Shown here one piece after another: positions 28,483-38,474 of a stretch of DNA of 64,000 nt. The notes beneath the pieces were generated by a model. The model was not told the origin of the DNA and searched no databases. It saw only the letters and a list, made by a program, of their open reading frames with translations. The stretch lies in contig JAWLHB010000047.1 of assembly GCA_041690595.1 (NCBI GenBank), forward strand, positions 1-64,000, read 5' to 3'. The position numbers and the translations under genes are program-made. This stretch comes from Lentisphaeria bacterium (GTDB lineage Bacteria; Verrucomicrobiota; Lentisphaeria; JABSQK01; JAWLHB01). The stretch's first letter is position 1, and every line of letters starts with the position of its first letter.

Positions 28483-29886
28483 ATGAAAGCTCTGACGACA
28501 ATGCAATCGGTGTGGGTGATGGTGGGAAGTGTGGCGGCGTTTCATGTGGCGCATGAGTGGGAGGGGGCGGGAGGATTGATCCTGATCTATGTGGCGGGGA
28601 TGTATCTGTTGGCGCGTATGAGGAGTGTGCGCTTCGCTTTCTGGTCGGGGCTGTTGTTAGGTCTGGCGCTGGTGGTGCCGCAGCTGTGGTTCTTTTTCGG
28701 GATCTTCGGTGCCGCGGCGGTGCCGCTGTGGTTCATTCTTGCCTTTTGGATCGCCTTATTCCTGGTGCTGGCGACGATGGCGATGCACCGCTGGCCGCGT
28801 TGGGGGATCTTGCTGATACCGGTTCTGTGGACGGGATGCGAGTACTTTCGTTCGGAGCTGTATGCGCTCCGTTTCTCGTGGCTGAGTCCCGGGTTGACGC
28901 TGTCGCATCCGGCCTGGTCACCGGCATTGGAGTGGGGTCAATATGGGCTGCCGCTGGCGGTGATGGGTATAGCGGCGATCACGGAGGTCGCGTGGCGCCA
29001 CGGCAGAAAGGTCGGCTTTGCTGCGCTGGGAGGGATGGGGCTGGTCGCGGTGATAGCGGGCTTGAGTCATGAAGCGCCGGGCACCCATGATGGCCCGCGG
29101 GTGGTGGGCATCCAATTGGAGTTCCCGCTGGAGCACCAGGTGCTTCAGGGGCTGAATCAGGCGCTGAAGGCGTGTCCGGATGCGGAGCTGCTGGTGCTCG
29201 GCGAGTACACCTTCCAAGGGCCGCTGCCGGCGGAGATCCGGGCGTGGTGCCGTGAGCATCGGCGGTACCTGATCGCCGGTGGTATGGAGCCGCTGGCGGA
29301 CGATGGCTTCTACAACATGGCCTATGTGGTGGACCCGTCGGGGGATATCGTCTTCATGCAGGCGAAGTCGGTGCCGATTCAGTTCTTCAACGATGGCACA
29401 CCGGCGGAACAGCAGGGTGTGTGGGACTCGCCGTGGGGGCGCATCGGTATTGGGATCTGCTATGACATGAGCTATACGCGGGTGCTTGACGAGTTGATCC
29501 GGCAGGGGGCGCAGGCGCTGATTATCCCGACGCTGGATGCGGAGGAATGGGGACGGCGCCAGCACCTGCTCCACGCGAAGGTGGCGCCGGTGCGAGCGCG
29601 GGAGTACCGCATCGGGATCCTGCGGGTGGCCACGTCGGGTATCAGTCAACTGGTGCAGCCGGATGGACGCGTGATGGCGACAGCTCCCTTCGGCGCACAG
29701 AATGCGCGGTTGAGTGGCCGTCTGGCGATGGTGGAGGAGGGGCGACTGCCGGTGGACCGGTGGCTGGCGCCGCTTTGCGTGGCCGGCAGTGTGGCCATCA
29801 TCTTCGGACTCATGGCCCCTACCCTGCTACGGCTGGCAAGGTGCCGGAGATTCAGACGCCGACCAGCAGATCGGGCGGCCCGGTGA
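28483..29886 (+). CDS. lnt: Apolipoprotein N-acyltransferase-like protein (membrane domain + nitrilase domain)
   Basis: TM domain with LWTGCEYFRS and FSWLSPG; nitrilase triad motifs VLGEY, QAK and ICYD; RVATSGIS. Confidence 0.8.
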   Translation: MKALTTMQSVWVMVGSVAAFHVAHEWEGAGGLILIYVAGMYLLARMRSVRFAFWSGLLLGLALVVPQLWFFFGIFGAAAVPLWFILAFWIALFLVLATMAMHRWPRWGILLIPVLWTGCEYFRSELYALRFSWLSPGLTLSHPAWSPALEWGQYGLPLAVMGIAAITEVAWRHGRKVGFAALGGMGLVAVIAGLSHEAPGTHDGPRVVGIQLEFPLEHQVLQGLNQALKACPDAELLVLGEYTFQGPLPAEIRAWCREHRRYLIAGGMEPLADDGFYNMAYVVDPSGDIVFMQAKSVPIQFFNDGTPAEQQGVWDSPWGRIGIGICYDMSYTRVLDELIRQGAQALIIPTLDAEEWGRRQHLLHAKVAPVRAREYRIGILRVATSGISQLVQPDGRVMATAPFGAQNARLSGRLAMVEEGRLPVDRWLAPLCVAGSVAIIFGLMAPTLLRLARCRRFRRRPADRAAR

Positions 29887-32650
29887 TCTCGGCGTGGAGA
29901 ATGCGTTCGAGAAAGACCTCGGTACCGTCAGCCGCGGCGACGATCTTGTCATCGACGCGGAGGTCGACATGCTCGCGGCTGGTCCCCGCGCTGCGGGCCA
30001 ACTGCCGGACGGTGCGGGTGAGGTGATCGAGGGCGTGGTGGTGCGCGGTGTGGATGTCGTCGAAGATGGGGACATCGGGGAGGCCATGAACCACGAAACC
30101 GCCGGCATCGGCAGGCTGGATGGTGAGGCGGCGATTGACGGTGACCCAGGAGGTGATGGCGCCGAGGGCGTTGGCCACGTCGGCATAATCCGGAATGATC
30201 ATCTCCGCCTGGAGGCGCGCCGCTGCCTGGGGGAGGAAGAAGTGGATGGGAGCGCCAAGTCCAATGATGGGCTGGCAGAGGCGGACGCTGGCGGCGAAGT
30301 CGTGGTTGCCGCCTGCATGAAGATTCGTCATGAGTTCGCGGCAGACGGGCGAGGTGTCGAGTTCGTCTGGGTTGGCGACGGTGAGCTGGCGCTTGATGAG
30401 TTGTTCGGTGAGGCGGCGGACGATCTCGGCCTTGATTTTGGCGGCAAAGGCATCGGGGTCGAGATTGGCTAGGTAGCCGGTCATGCGGGTGAGGCGCATG
30501 GAGGCGGTCGGCTCCCACAAGGCGAGTTCGCCGGTGTAGTGGAGGATATCGGTAGGGGTGAGGCCGCAGCGCTGCACGAGGTGGTGATTCTCGAGCCTTT
30601 CGAGTTCGAGGAGCATCCAGTGGGGCACACCGGCCTTGGCGGCGAGTTGGGTGAGAGACAAGGGGCCGTCGGCGAGGGCATCGAGAATGCGCTGCTCTTC
30701 AGGACGGGGGGTGAGGCGGCCGCCATGCTGGGTGCGCCAAATGATCTGCATCGGCTGACTGTCGACGATGAAGTCGGCCAGATGTTCTTCGAGATAATCG
30801 AGGAGCGTGAGGGTGGAGGGTTCGCGCGCGGCGAGCCAGGCGATGGGGGCGATACGCTGGGGGCCGAGACCGAGGGCGAGTTTGCGATGGACGATGGCGC
30901 TGTCGCCGCCGAGGCCGATGGTGTGCATGTCGAGTGCCTGCACATGGGTCTGCCAGCGGCCGACATGGGAACCGGAGGCGCTGACGGCGACGCGGCCGTC
31001 ACGTACCCTGGCCAGATCGCTGGTGGTGCCGCCCATGTCGACGACGGTGGCTTCCGACAAACCGGTAAGGTAGCGGGCGCCGGCAACACTGGCGGCTGGG
31101 CCGGAAAGGATGGTCTCGATGGGCCGCTGCCGCGCCACGGCGGTCGACATGAGGGTGCCGTCGCCCTTGACGATGACCATGCGGGCGTCGATCGACCGGT
31201 CAGCGAGGGCGCGCTCGACATCGTTGATGAAATGGGTGAGGAGGGGGATGATGCGGGCATTGAGGGCGGCGGTGTTGGCGCGTACCAGGAAGTCGAGTTG
31301 ATCAGAAAGCTCATGGCCGCAGACAACGGCGACTTGGGGGTACTCCTGAAGCAGAAGGCGCTTGACCAGTAGCTCATGAGCGGGATTGCGGGTGCCGGCA
31401 TAGCCGCTGACGGCAAAGACTTCGACTTCGTCCCGCTCGATCATGCGGCGGGTGACGGCGCGGACTTCGTCCAGATCGACGGGCTCGGCCTCCTGTCCGC
31501 TGATCTGCATGCGGCCCCTGACGATGGTGGCGGGTCGGTGTTCGAGGCGGTTGACGTCGAAGGCCGGACTGAGCGGCATGACGAGGAGGCCGACGCGCTG
31601 TCCCTGTCCCTCGACAATGGCATTCGTGGCCAGGGTGGTGGAGACGGCGACGAGGTCGATGTTGCGCAGAAGGGAGGCGTCGAGCTGATCGAGGGCAGAG
31701 GCAATGCCTTCGGTATAGTCCCAGCGGGTGGTGAGCGCCTTGGCCTTGCCGAGGACTTTGTTGGCGCCGAAATCGAAGACGACCACATCCGTATAGGTGC
31801 CGCCCGCGTCGATGCCGAGGCCGAGGCGGGTGCGCGATTCCGGCTCACGGGTGGGTTCGGGTGGGGTCTCCTCCACGATGGGGTCAGGTTCAGCACTGCG
31901 TGCATGCGGGGGCGAAGCGGCGAGTCCGTTGGCCAAAGGATCGTGACGAAACATGTTGCCGGGTGGTACCCAGAGGACTTCGGCATTGGATGCGTCGGCG
32001 TTGAGCATGGCGCGCAGGAGCGACCAGTCGCCGGGGAGACATTCGTACTGCCAGCCGAATTCTTCGGCCATGGCCTTGGCATAGTTGGCGTAGCGCTCGC
32101 GATCGCCGGCGCCGGTGTCGATGAAGACGACGCGTTTGTAGTTCTTGCGCCAGCTACCCAGGAAGTCAACAATGGCGCGGGCATTATCTGGGCCGTATTT
32201 GGTGGCGAATCGCGCGTAATCCGCGAGTGGCAGTGGGCCTTTGACTTCGCTGCGCTTGCCGCGCGGCTGCATCTTCTTCTCGAACCATCCGGCGGAGATG
32301 TAGAAGGTACCGGGACAGCGGGAGAACTCCCGCCGGTAGGCCTGGTCGGAGCCGAGGAAGAGGGAGATGCAATCGTGCACACGGGGAGCAACCAGCGGAA
32401 TGCCGCGCGCCCGGATGCCGACGAGGCCGCGGCCACAGATGCCGTAGGCGATGACAATGCGGTCGTAGAGTCCGCTGGCGGAGGCTTCGTCAATAGCGTC
32501 CTGAAGCTGGCGCCGCAGTTCTCCGGGATTGTCGTGAAGCCCGGCTTCCAGATAGGAGGTGGTGATGGGGACGCCGAGTTGTTCGGCCGCCGCATCCATA
32601 TCGATCTGCATCACACCGCAGCCGATGACATGTAGTCGCTGATCCTGCAT
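29852..32650 (-). CDS. DUF1638-like domain fused to a hydantoinase A/oxoprolinase-family ASKHA domain
   Basis: N-terminal GLHDNP, YGICG, HDCISLFLGS; then LGIDAGGTYTD, STTLATNA, TILSGPAAS, DMGGTTSD and VANALGA. Start re-chosen at ATG 32650. Confidence 0.85.
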   Translation of the reverse strand: MQDQRLHVIGCGVMQIDMDAAAEQLGVPITTSYLEAGLHDNPGELRRQLQDAIDEASASGLYDRIVIAYGICGRGLVGIRARGIPLVAPRVHDCISLFLGSDQAYRREFSRCPGTFYISAGWFEKKMQPRGKRSEVKGPLPLADYARFATKYGPDNARAIVDFLGSWRKNYKRVVFIDTGAGDRERYANYAKAMAEEFGWQYECLPGDWSLLRAMLNADASNAEVLWVPPGNMFRHDPLANGLAASPPHARSAEPDPIVEETPPEPTREPESRTRLGLGIDAGGTYTDVVVFDFGANKVLGKAKALTTRWDYTEGIASALDQLDASLLRNIDLVAVSTTLATNAIVEGQGQRVGLLVMPLSPAFDVNRLEHRPATIVRGRMQISGQEAEPVDLDEVRAVTRRMIERDEVEVFAVSGYAGTRNPAHELLVKRLLLQEYPQVAVVCGHELSDQLDFLVRANTAALNARIIPLLTHFINDVERALADRSIDARMVIVKGDGTLMSTAVARQRPIETILSGPAASVAGARYLTGLSEATVVDMGGTTSDLARVRDGRVAVSASGSHVGRWQTHVQALDMHTIGLGGDSAIVHRKLALGLGPQRIAPIAWLAAREPSTLTLLDYLEEHLADFIVDSQPMQIIWRTQHGGRLTPRPEEQRILDALADGPLSLTQLAAKAGVPHWMLLELERLENHHLVQRCGLTPTDILHYTGELALWEPTASMRLTRMTGYLANLDPDAFAAKIKAEIVRRLTEQLIKRQLTVANPDELDTSPVCRELMTNLHAGGNHDFAASVRLCQPIIGLGAPIHFFLPQAAARLQAEMIIPDYADVANALGAITSWVTVNRRLTIQPADAGGFVVHGLPDVPIFDDIHTAHHHALDHLTRTVRQLARSAGTSREHVDLRVDDKIVAAADGTEVFLERILHAEITGPPDLLVGV

Positions 32651-32739
32651 AGGTAAAATTCTCCCCAAGCTTTACAGATAGCATCCCGCGCACGTGCAGG
32701 CAAGGTGGTGAGACGGTGAAAAGTGACGGTGAGACGGCG

Positions 32740-33519
32740 TCAGGAAGCCGCCGCGGCGAGCAGCGCCAGGACGACCATAATGCCATTGAAGCCTGCATGA
32801 ATAAGGATTGGAACCCAGAGGGAGCGGGTGCGCAGGAGGCGGTGCTGAAGTACCATGCCGAGGAAGAAGAGGGGCACGATGAAGGCGGGCATCAGGTGGA
32901 TCGACGCGAAAATGAAGGAGGTGATGATCATGGCGGTCATCGTGCCGAAGAGATGATGGAGGGAACGATAGAGCACCACGCGAAAGAGGAGCTCCTCGGC
33001 GAGCGGCGCCAGAACGACGGCGATGAGAACGAGCGCGAGACGCACGCCAAGGGAAGCATCGGAGAGGAGTTCGAGGACGAGGTGCGGCTCGGGTTCATAG
33101 CCGACGGCCTTGGAGATGAGGTAGATGATCGCGTTGAGGGCGAGGATGGAGGGGACGACGATGAGGGTCCAGCGCAGGGCATCCGCGAGGCGGGACGTAT
33201 CGAGCGGAGCATCGAGAAAGAGTTCCTGGCGCCAGAACGGCCTCGGGGTCTTGACAGCCATGGTTATGAGGATGACGATGGGGACGAGGCCTTGAATATA
33301 GAAAGCGCTCCAGAGGGTCAGGTGCAGGAGGTTCGCGTCCTTGACGGCAAGGCTGATCAAGAGAGGCGAGATCACCATGACGGCCATGGCCAGCCCCAGA
33401 GCGCCCATGTACCAGGGCAGCCCGCAGGACGGCGGCTCGGTGGCTTCCTCCGGATCCAGGTCGGGCGGCAAGGGCTCGGGATCGAAGGTCTCGGCGGGCG
33501 AGAGATCGTCTTCAGCCAT
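32740..33519 (-). CDS. CPBP (CAAX/Abi) family intramembrane metalloprotease
   Basis: APLAEELLFR, FASIH and HAGFN motifs; multi-TM. Confidence 0.9.
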   Translation of the reverse strand: MAEDDLSPAETFDPEPLPPDLDPEEATEPPSCGLPWYMGALGLAMAVMVISPLLISLAVKDANLLHLTLWSAFYIQGLVPIVILITMAVKTPRPFWRQELFLDAPLDTSRLADALRWTLIVVPSILALNAIIYLISKAVGYEPEPHLVLELLSDASLGVRLALVLIAVVLAPLAEELLFRVVLYRSLHHLFGTMTAMIITSFIFASIHLMPAFIVPLFFLGMVLQHRLLRTRSLWVPILIHAGFNGIMVVLALLAAAAS

Positions 33520-34195
33520 TGGGTTGCCTCAGGAGAATGAATTGGCGTTTGCCTGCTTGAAGCGGAAGCTCGAAGATGGGCGAGAGGTGGAGAATAAGCC
33601 CAGTCTTGTCAGCCTCGCGACGGGCGGGTTGTTCTTCTTCAACGACCGAGGCGGGGGTCTTGCAGGCGAGAAGGGTCCCGCCTGGGGCAAGGAGCTGGCG
33701 GGTTTCGCGGATGAGGGTGGCGGTATCGGCGACGGCACGGGCCAGCACCAGATCATAGCGTGCCTGGTGGGCGGGCAGGTGGCTGAGTTCCCGGGCACGA
33801 CCGCGCACGGCGGTCGCCCGCTGCTGGAGACCAAGCCGCTGGATGAGCCCGGCCACGTAGTCATGCTTCTTGCCGTTGGCCTCGATCTCGACGATGTGCG
33901 CCTGAGGCGAGAGGAGCGCGAGCGGCAGGCCGGGGAAACCGGCGCCGCAACCGACATCGGCAACCGTGAGCGGCTGGGTAAGCAGGTCGGGGTAAACGGC
34001 GAGGACAAGCCAGCTGTCGACGATATGTTTGATGAGGAAGTCGTCGCGGTCGACGATACGGGTGAGATTGGTACGGCGGTTGGCGTCGACGAGGTCATCG
34101 TACCAGGTGATGAGGAACTGCCGCCATTGTGGCGGCGGCGTCACATTCAGCTGCGTGAGGATGGGGAGCAGAAGCTGATCGGGAAAATCGGCCAT
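33512..34195 (-). CDS. rsmG: 16S rRNA m7G527 methyltransferase
   Basis: NLTRI, KHIVDS, DVGCGAGFPGLPL and YDLVLARAVA motifs; start re-chosen at ATG 34195. Confidence 0.92.
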   Translation of the reverse strand: MADFPDQLLLPILTQLNVTPPPQWRQFLITWYDDLVDANRRTNLTRIVDRDDFLIKHIVDSWLVLAVYPDLLTQPLTVADVGCGAGFPGLPLALLSPQAHIVEIEANGKKHDYVAGLIQRLGLQQRATAVRGRARELSHLPAHQARYDLVLARAVADTATLIRETRQLLAPGGTLLACKTPASVVEEEQPARREADKTGLILHLSPIFELPLQAGKRQFILLRQPNG

Positions 34196-34199
34196 AGTC

Positions 34200-34733
34200 T
34201 CAGGCGTGGTTGGCCATGAGAAAGAGGGCGCAGGTGCCGGCGCCGGCGATGACGAGGGGAAGTGCGGTGGCCCAGCGCCAGGTGCTGGAGTCGGGGATAC
34301 GCCGCAGCAGATCGCGGAAGCGGAAGGGGCTGGTGATGAGGATGATGCCGACGATGCCCAGAAGGTAACAGGAGATGGCGATGAACCAGCGTTGCGGGAC
34401 ATGTTCGACAAAGGCGCTGTGCATGACTTGGTTGCTCATCAGGAGAAGGAAGCCGCCGAGGGCGCGGGTGAAGAGATATTCGAGGTAGAAGAAGGCGCCC
34501 AGGCAGATGAAGAGGCCCAGGGGGATGAGCCAGTGGCGCAGGGGCTCGAGGGAACCTTCGAGGAGGAGATTGACCATGCGCAGCGACTGCACCACACAGA
34601 AGATGCCGATGAGCAGGCCGACATACCGATCGCGCGGCACCTTGCGCCATGCTTCGGGAAAGCGGGGAATCAGCCATCCGGCGGCGAGGCCGGCAGCGAG
34701 GAGCAGAAAGCCAAAAACGAGTCCTGAGGTCAA
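34200..34733 (-). CDS. Hypothetical multi-TM membrane protein
   Basis: About 6 hydrophobic segments; 4 nt from the rsmG start. Start uncertain (TTG 34733 chosen). Confidence 0.7.
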   Translation of the reverse strand: MTSGLVFGFLLLAAGLAAGWLIPRFPEAWRKVPRDRYVGLLIGIFCVVQSLRMVNLLLEGSLEPLRHWLIPLGLFICLGAFFYLEYLFTRALGGFLLLMSNQVMHSAFVEHVPQRWFIAISCYLLGIVGIILITSPFRFRDLLRRIPDSSTWRWATALPLVIAGAGTCALFLMANHA

Positions 34734-34913
34734 GATGCCCTCATGAGATGATGGAGTTGCGATTGCGGGGGATGGTACTATTACTCGCTGGGCGGGAAGA
34801 TGCAACTGGCAAGGAGCGAAGCGCAGCGAAGCCGTTGGCTCTGCTTCGGGAGGGGGGGGGTGTGGTGCGACGTCGCCTGCCAGGATACAGGCGTTTATAT
34901 TTAGCTTTCGTGG

Positions 34914-34941
34914 TTGACTTTTGAGTTATGCGTGATATCAT
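34914..34941 (+). promoter_or_regulatory. Candidate sigma70 promoter TTGACT-N16-TATCAT with extended -10 TG
   Basis: Near-consensus hexamers in a locally AT-rich stretch, oriented toward the repeat array and ilvE-trpCBA. Confidence 0.4.
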
Positions 34942-35008
34942 TAGATTAATGACAGTGGGGAGGGGAGATGGCGGGAGAACGGAGATTTGGGGAATGGGAT
35001 GTATGGGA

Positions 35009-35295
35009 ACCGAGGATTGGACCGAGGTTTTGGGATGGTGGCGAGGCGCAGGAGGCGACTCAGGCGAGTGGCGTGCCCAGGATTGGCGGCAACACCGAGG
35101 ATTGGACCGAGGTTTTGGGATGGTGGCGAGGCGCAATCGCCGTTCGAAGAACGCCTCCCACCTTGTCGGAGGGCCGGACCGAGGATTGGACCGAGGTTTT
35201 GGGGTGGTGGCGAGGCGCAATCGCCGTTCGGAGAATGCCTCCCACCTTGTCGGAGGGCCGGACCGAGGATGGACCGAGGTTTTGGGATGGTGGCG
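35009..35295. repeat. Tandem array: four ~42-bp repeats alternating with ~42-bp hairpin modules
   Basis: ACCGAGGATTGGACCGAGGTTTTGGGATGGTGGCG starts at 35009, 35094, 35178 and 35262 (period 84-85), with minor variants in copies 3 and 4. Confidence 0.9.
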
Positions 35296-35383
35296 GGAGA
35301 AATCGTTCAGGTGAATTGCTTTTGAGTGATGGTCGTTTTAGAGTATGCATCCCACAGAACCCCTCAGGAAGTCAAGGATAGTG

Positions 35384-36403
35384 ATGACGATGAATCTGGA
35401 TTGGCAATCGCTCGGTTTTTCCTATGTCGACACCCATTGTCACCTCCGCTATACGTGGAAAGATGGCGGATGGGACGTTGGTGTCGTCTGTGAAGAGCCG
35501 TACCTGCAGCTTCATATTGCGGCAACGGCGCTGCATTATGGGCAGAGTGCTTTCGAGGGTTTGAAAGCTTTTTCATGTAAAGATGGGAAGATCCGTCTCT
35601 TTCGCGCGGACGAGAATGCCCGTCGGTTGATCAATTCGGCGCGCCGGCTGCGGATGCCTGAAGTGCCCGAGGAGATGTTTATCGCGGCAGTTACGCGTGC
35701 CGTGGCAGCAAATCGGGAGTTCGTGCCACCCTACGGCACCGGCGGTTCGCTCTACATTCGGCCACTGCTCTTTGGCTGCGGTGCGCGCATCGGCGTGCAG
35801 CCGGCGGACTCGTATCACTTCATCGTGATGGTGGTGCCGGTGGGCAACTACTATAAGGGCGGGGTGAAGCCGGTGAGCGCCGTCGTGCTCGATGGGTACG
35901 ACCGGGCGGCACCGAATGGGGTCGGGCATGTGAAGGTGGCCGGCAACTATGGTGCCGACCTCGAGCCTTCGCAGCTTGCCAAGGAACAGGGCTACCCGAT
36001 CAATCTCTACCTCGACTCGCGCGAGCACAAGTATATCGATGAGTTCGGCACGTCGAATTTCATTGCGATTACCAAGGACGGCAAGTATGTGACGCCGGAT
36101 TCGCATTCGGCGCTGCCGAGCATCACCAACAAGTCGCTGCAGACGCTGGCGGCCGAGAATGGCCTGACGGTGGAGCGTCGCCCGATCAGCATCGATGAAG
36201 TGGAGGAGTTTGCGGAAGTAGCGGCCTGCGGAACGGCCGTGGTGATCACGCCGGTGTACCGCATCGTCCTGTCGGATCGGGTGATCGAAGTGGGCCCGCG
36301 GGATGGTGTCGGGCCGATGCTTCAGAAGCTTTACGACCAGGTTCGCGGTATCCAAGTGGGCGATCTGCCCGACCGCTATGACTGGACACGCGTCGTCGAT
36401 TGA
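35384..36403 (+). CDS. ilvE: Branched-chain amino acid aminotransferase
   Basis: LHYGQSAFEGLKA, SLYIRP, KVAGNY (PLP lysine), LPSITNKS and CGTAVVITP motifs. Confidence 0.93.
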   Translation: MTMNLDWQSLGFSYVDTHCHLRYTWKDGGWDVGVVCEEPYLQLHIAATALHYGQSAFEGLKAFSCKDGKIRLFRADENARRLINSARRLRMPEVPEEMFIAAVTRAVAANREFVPPYGTGGSLYIRPLLFGCGARIGVQPADSYHFIVMVVPVGNYYKGGVKPVSAVVLDGYDRAAPNGVGHVKVAGNYGADLEPSQLAKEQGYPINLYLDSREHKYIDEFGTSNFIAITKDGKYVTPDSHSALPSITNKSLQTLAAENGLTVERRPISIDEVEEFAEVAACGTAVVITPVYRIVLSDRVIEVGPRDGVGPMLQKLYDQVRGIQVGDLPDRYDWTRVVD

Positions 36404-36446
36404 CGCGAGAGCGTTCTTTCGATACATGCCCCAAGGAGGTTCCCGC

Positions 36447-37241
36447 ATGGCTACCATTCTCGACGACATAGTCGTGCACAAGCGCGAGGAAGTTTCGCGC
36501 CGCCGTGCAGCCGTGCCGCTGGACGAGTTGGAGGCGCGACTGACAGATTGCGGATCGTGCCGTGGCTTTGCCGCGGCGCTGACGCGGCAGGCGACGAATG
36601 CTCCAGCGCTGATCGCGGAGATCAAGCGTGGTTCGCCGTCGCTGGGACTTCTGCGGCCGGATCTGGATGCGCCGGCGCAAGGGGCGGCCTATGAGGCAGG
36701 TGGTGCGGCAGCGCTCTCGGTCCTGACGGATGAAGCGCATTTCTTCGCGCGGCCGACGGATTTTGGCGACGTACGCGAGCGGGTGAGGCTGCCGCTGCTG
36801 CGAAAGGATTTTATTGTGGATGCGTATCAATTGACGGAGAGCCGGGTGATGGGAGCTGACTGCGTGTTGCTGATCATGGCGATCCTGACGGACGCGGAAG
36901 CCGGCGCGCTGGCGGATCAGGCTCATGCCCTGGGATTGGATGTGCTGGCGGAGGCGCATTCGGCGGAGGAGATTGCGCGTGCGCAAGGCGCCGTGGCGTT
37001 CGACCTGCTGGGGATCAACAACCGAAATCTGAAGACGTTCGAGACGCGGGAGGAAACGACCCTGGAGTTGGCGGAAGCAGTCGATGACCGAGAGCGGCTG
37101 GTGGCCGAATCGGGATTGCATTCTCCAGAAATCCTGGGCCGCTATTGGCGTCACGGGATCAAGCGTTTCCTGATCGGCGAAGCTTTTGTGCGGAGCGCGG
37201 ATCCGGAATCGACGGTACGTTCCTTTGCTAGACTTACTTGA
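36447..37241 (+). CDS. trpC: Indole-3-glycerol phosphate synthase
   Basis: IAEIKRGSPS, LSVLTD, LRKDFI, GINNRNL and AESG motifs; AAGGAGGT RBS before ATG 36447. Confidence 0.95.
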   Translation: MATILDDIVVHKREEVSRRRAAVPLDELEARLTDCGSCRGFAAALTRQATNAPALIAEIKRGSPSLGLLRPDLDAPAQGAAYEAGGAAALSVLTDEAHFFARPTDFGDVRERVRLPLLRKDFIVDAYQLTESRVMGADCVLLIMAILTDAEAGALADQAHALGLDVLAEAHSAEEIARAQGAVAFDLLGINNRNLKTFETREETTLELAEAVDDRERLVAESGLHSPEILGRYWRHGIKRFLIGEAFVRSADPESTVRSFARLT

Positions 37242-37271
37242 GTGATATTCTGCTATACTGAGGACAAGACG

Positions 37272-38474
37272 ATGTCCGATCTGAAGAACTTCGATGGCCA
37301 TTTTGGCCAGTTTGGTGGCCAGTACGTGGCCGAAACGCTGATGCCTGCGCTGGCGGCGGTGGAGAAGGCGTTTCATGAAGCATGGGCTGATGAGAGCTTC
37401 CGCAAAGAGTATGAGTTCTATCTGCGGGAGTTTGTGGGGCGGCCTTCACCGTTGTTTTTCGCGGAGAACTTCACTCGCCACCTCGGCGGGGCGAAGATCT
37501 ACCTGAAGCGGGAAGACCTGAATCATACCGGTGCGCACAAGGTCAACAATACGATTGGCCAGGTGATGCTGGCGAAGCGGATGGGCAAGCAACGGGTGAT
37601 CGCGGAAACGGGGGCCGGTCAGCATGGAGTGGCGACGGCTACCGCGGCGGCGATCTTCAACCTTGAATGCGATGTGTTCATGGGGGAAGAGGATATCGAG
37701 CGTCAGGCCGAAAACGTGAAGCGGATGCGGCTGCTGGGTTCGCGGGTGATTCCGGTGAGCAGCGGCACGGGAACGCTCAAGGACGCGATGAACGAGGCCT
37801 TGCGTGATTGGGTGGCCACGGTTGATGACACCTTCTACGTAATCGGTACAGTTGCCGGGCCGCACCCGTACCCGATGATGGTGCGGGAGTTTCAGCGGGT
37901 GATCGGCGACGAGACGCGCCGGCAGATCCTGGAACAGGAAGGACGACTACCGGATACGGTGATGGCCTGCATCGGTGGCGGCAGCAACGCGATCGGTATC
38001 TTCGTCTCCTTTGTGCAGGACGAAACGGTGAAGCTGATCGGCGTGGAGGCGGCGGGTCGCGGCGTGGAGACCGGTGAACATGCCGCCAGCATTGGGGGCG
38101 GGCAGATCGGGGTGCTGCACGGGAGCAAGTCTTACCTGCTGCAGACCGATGACGGGCAGATTCTGAACGCCTACTCGATCAGCGCGGGGCTGGATTATCC
38201 GGGAGTGGGTCCTGAGCACTCGCTGCTGCACGACATCGGGCGCGTGCAGTACGTGTCGGTCACGGATACGGAGGCCGTGGATGCCTTTTTGGCGTTGACG
38301 CGGCATCAGGGCATCATTCCGGCGCTGGAGTCGAGCCATGCCATCGCGCAGGTAATCAAGATCGCGCCGACGCTGCCGAAAGAGCACATCATCATCGTCA
38401 ATCTGAGTGGCCGCGGTGACAAGGACATGGCATCTGTCAGCAAGTTCATCGCGCAGCGCAAGGGGGAATCATGA
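37272..38474 (+). CDS. trpB: Tryptophan synthase beta chain
   Basis: [30 protein letters not shown] and NLSGRGDKD motifs. Confidence 0.97.
   Translation: MSDLKNFDGHFGQFGGQYVAETLMPALAAVEKAFHEAWADESFRKEYEFYLREFVGRPSPLFFAENFTRHLGGAKIYLKREDLNHTGAHKVNNTIGQVMLAKRMGKQRVIAETGAGQHGVATATAAAIFNLECDVFMGEEDIERQAENVKRMRLLGSRVIPVSSGTGTLKDAMNEALRDWVATVDDTFYVIGTVAGPHPYPMMVREFQRVIGDETRRQILEQEGRLPDTVMACIGGGSNAIGIFVSFVQDETVKLIGVEAAGRGVETGEHAASIGGGQIGVLHGSKSYLLQTDDGQILNAYSISAGLDYPGVGPEHSLLHDIGRVQYVSVTDTEAVDAFLALTRHQGIIPALESSHAIAQVIKIAPTLPKEHIIIVNLSGRGDKDMASVSKFIAQRKGES

Noticed and set aside
32740..33519. Abortive-infection defence gene
   Set aside because: CPBP/'Abi' proteases are common membrane proteases, and this one sits in a housekeeping context with rsmG.
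34852..34860. G9 tract as a phase-variation switch
   Set aside because: Intergenic, outside the candidate promoter spacer, and unremarkable in G-rich sequence without read-level evidence.
35009..35295. CRISPR array
   Set aside because: Two of three inserts are nearly identical, the third is a repeat found elsewhere in the window, and there are no cas genes.
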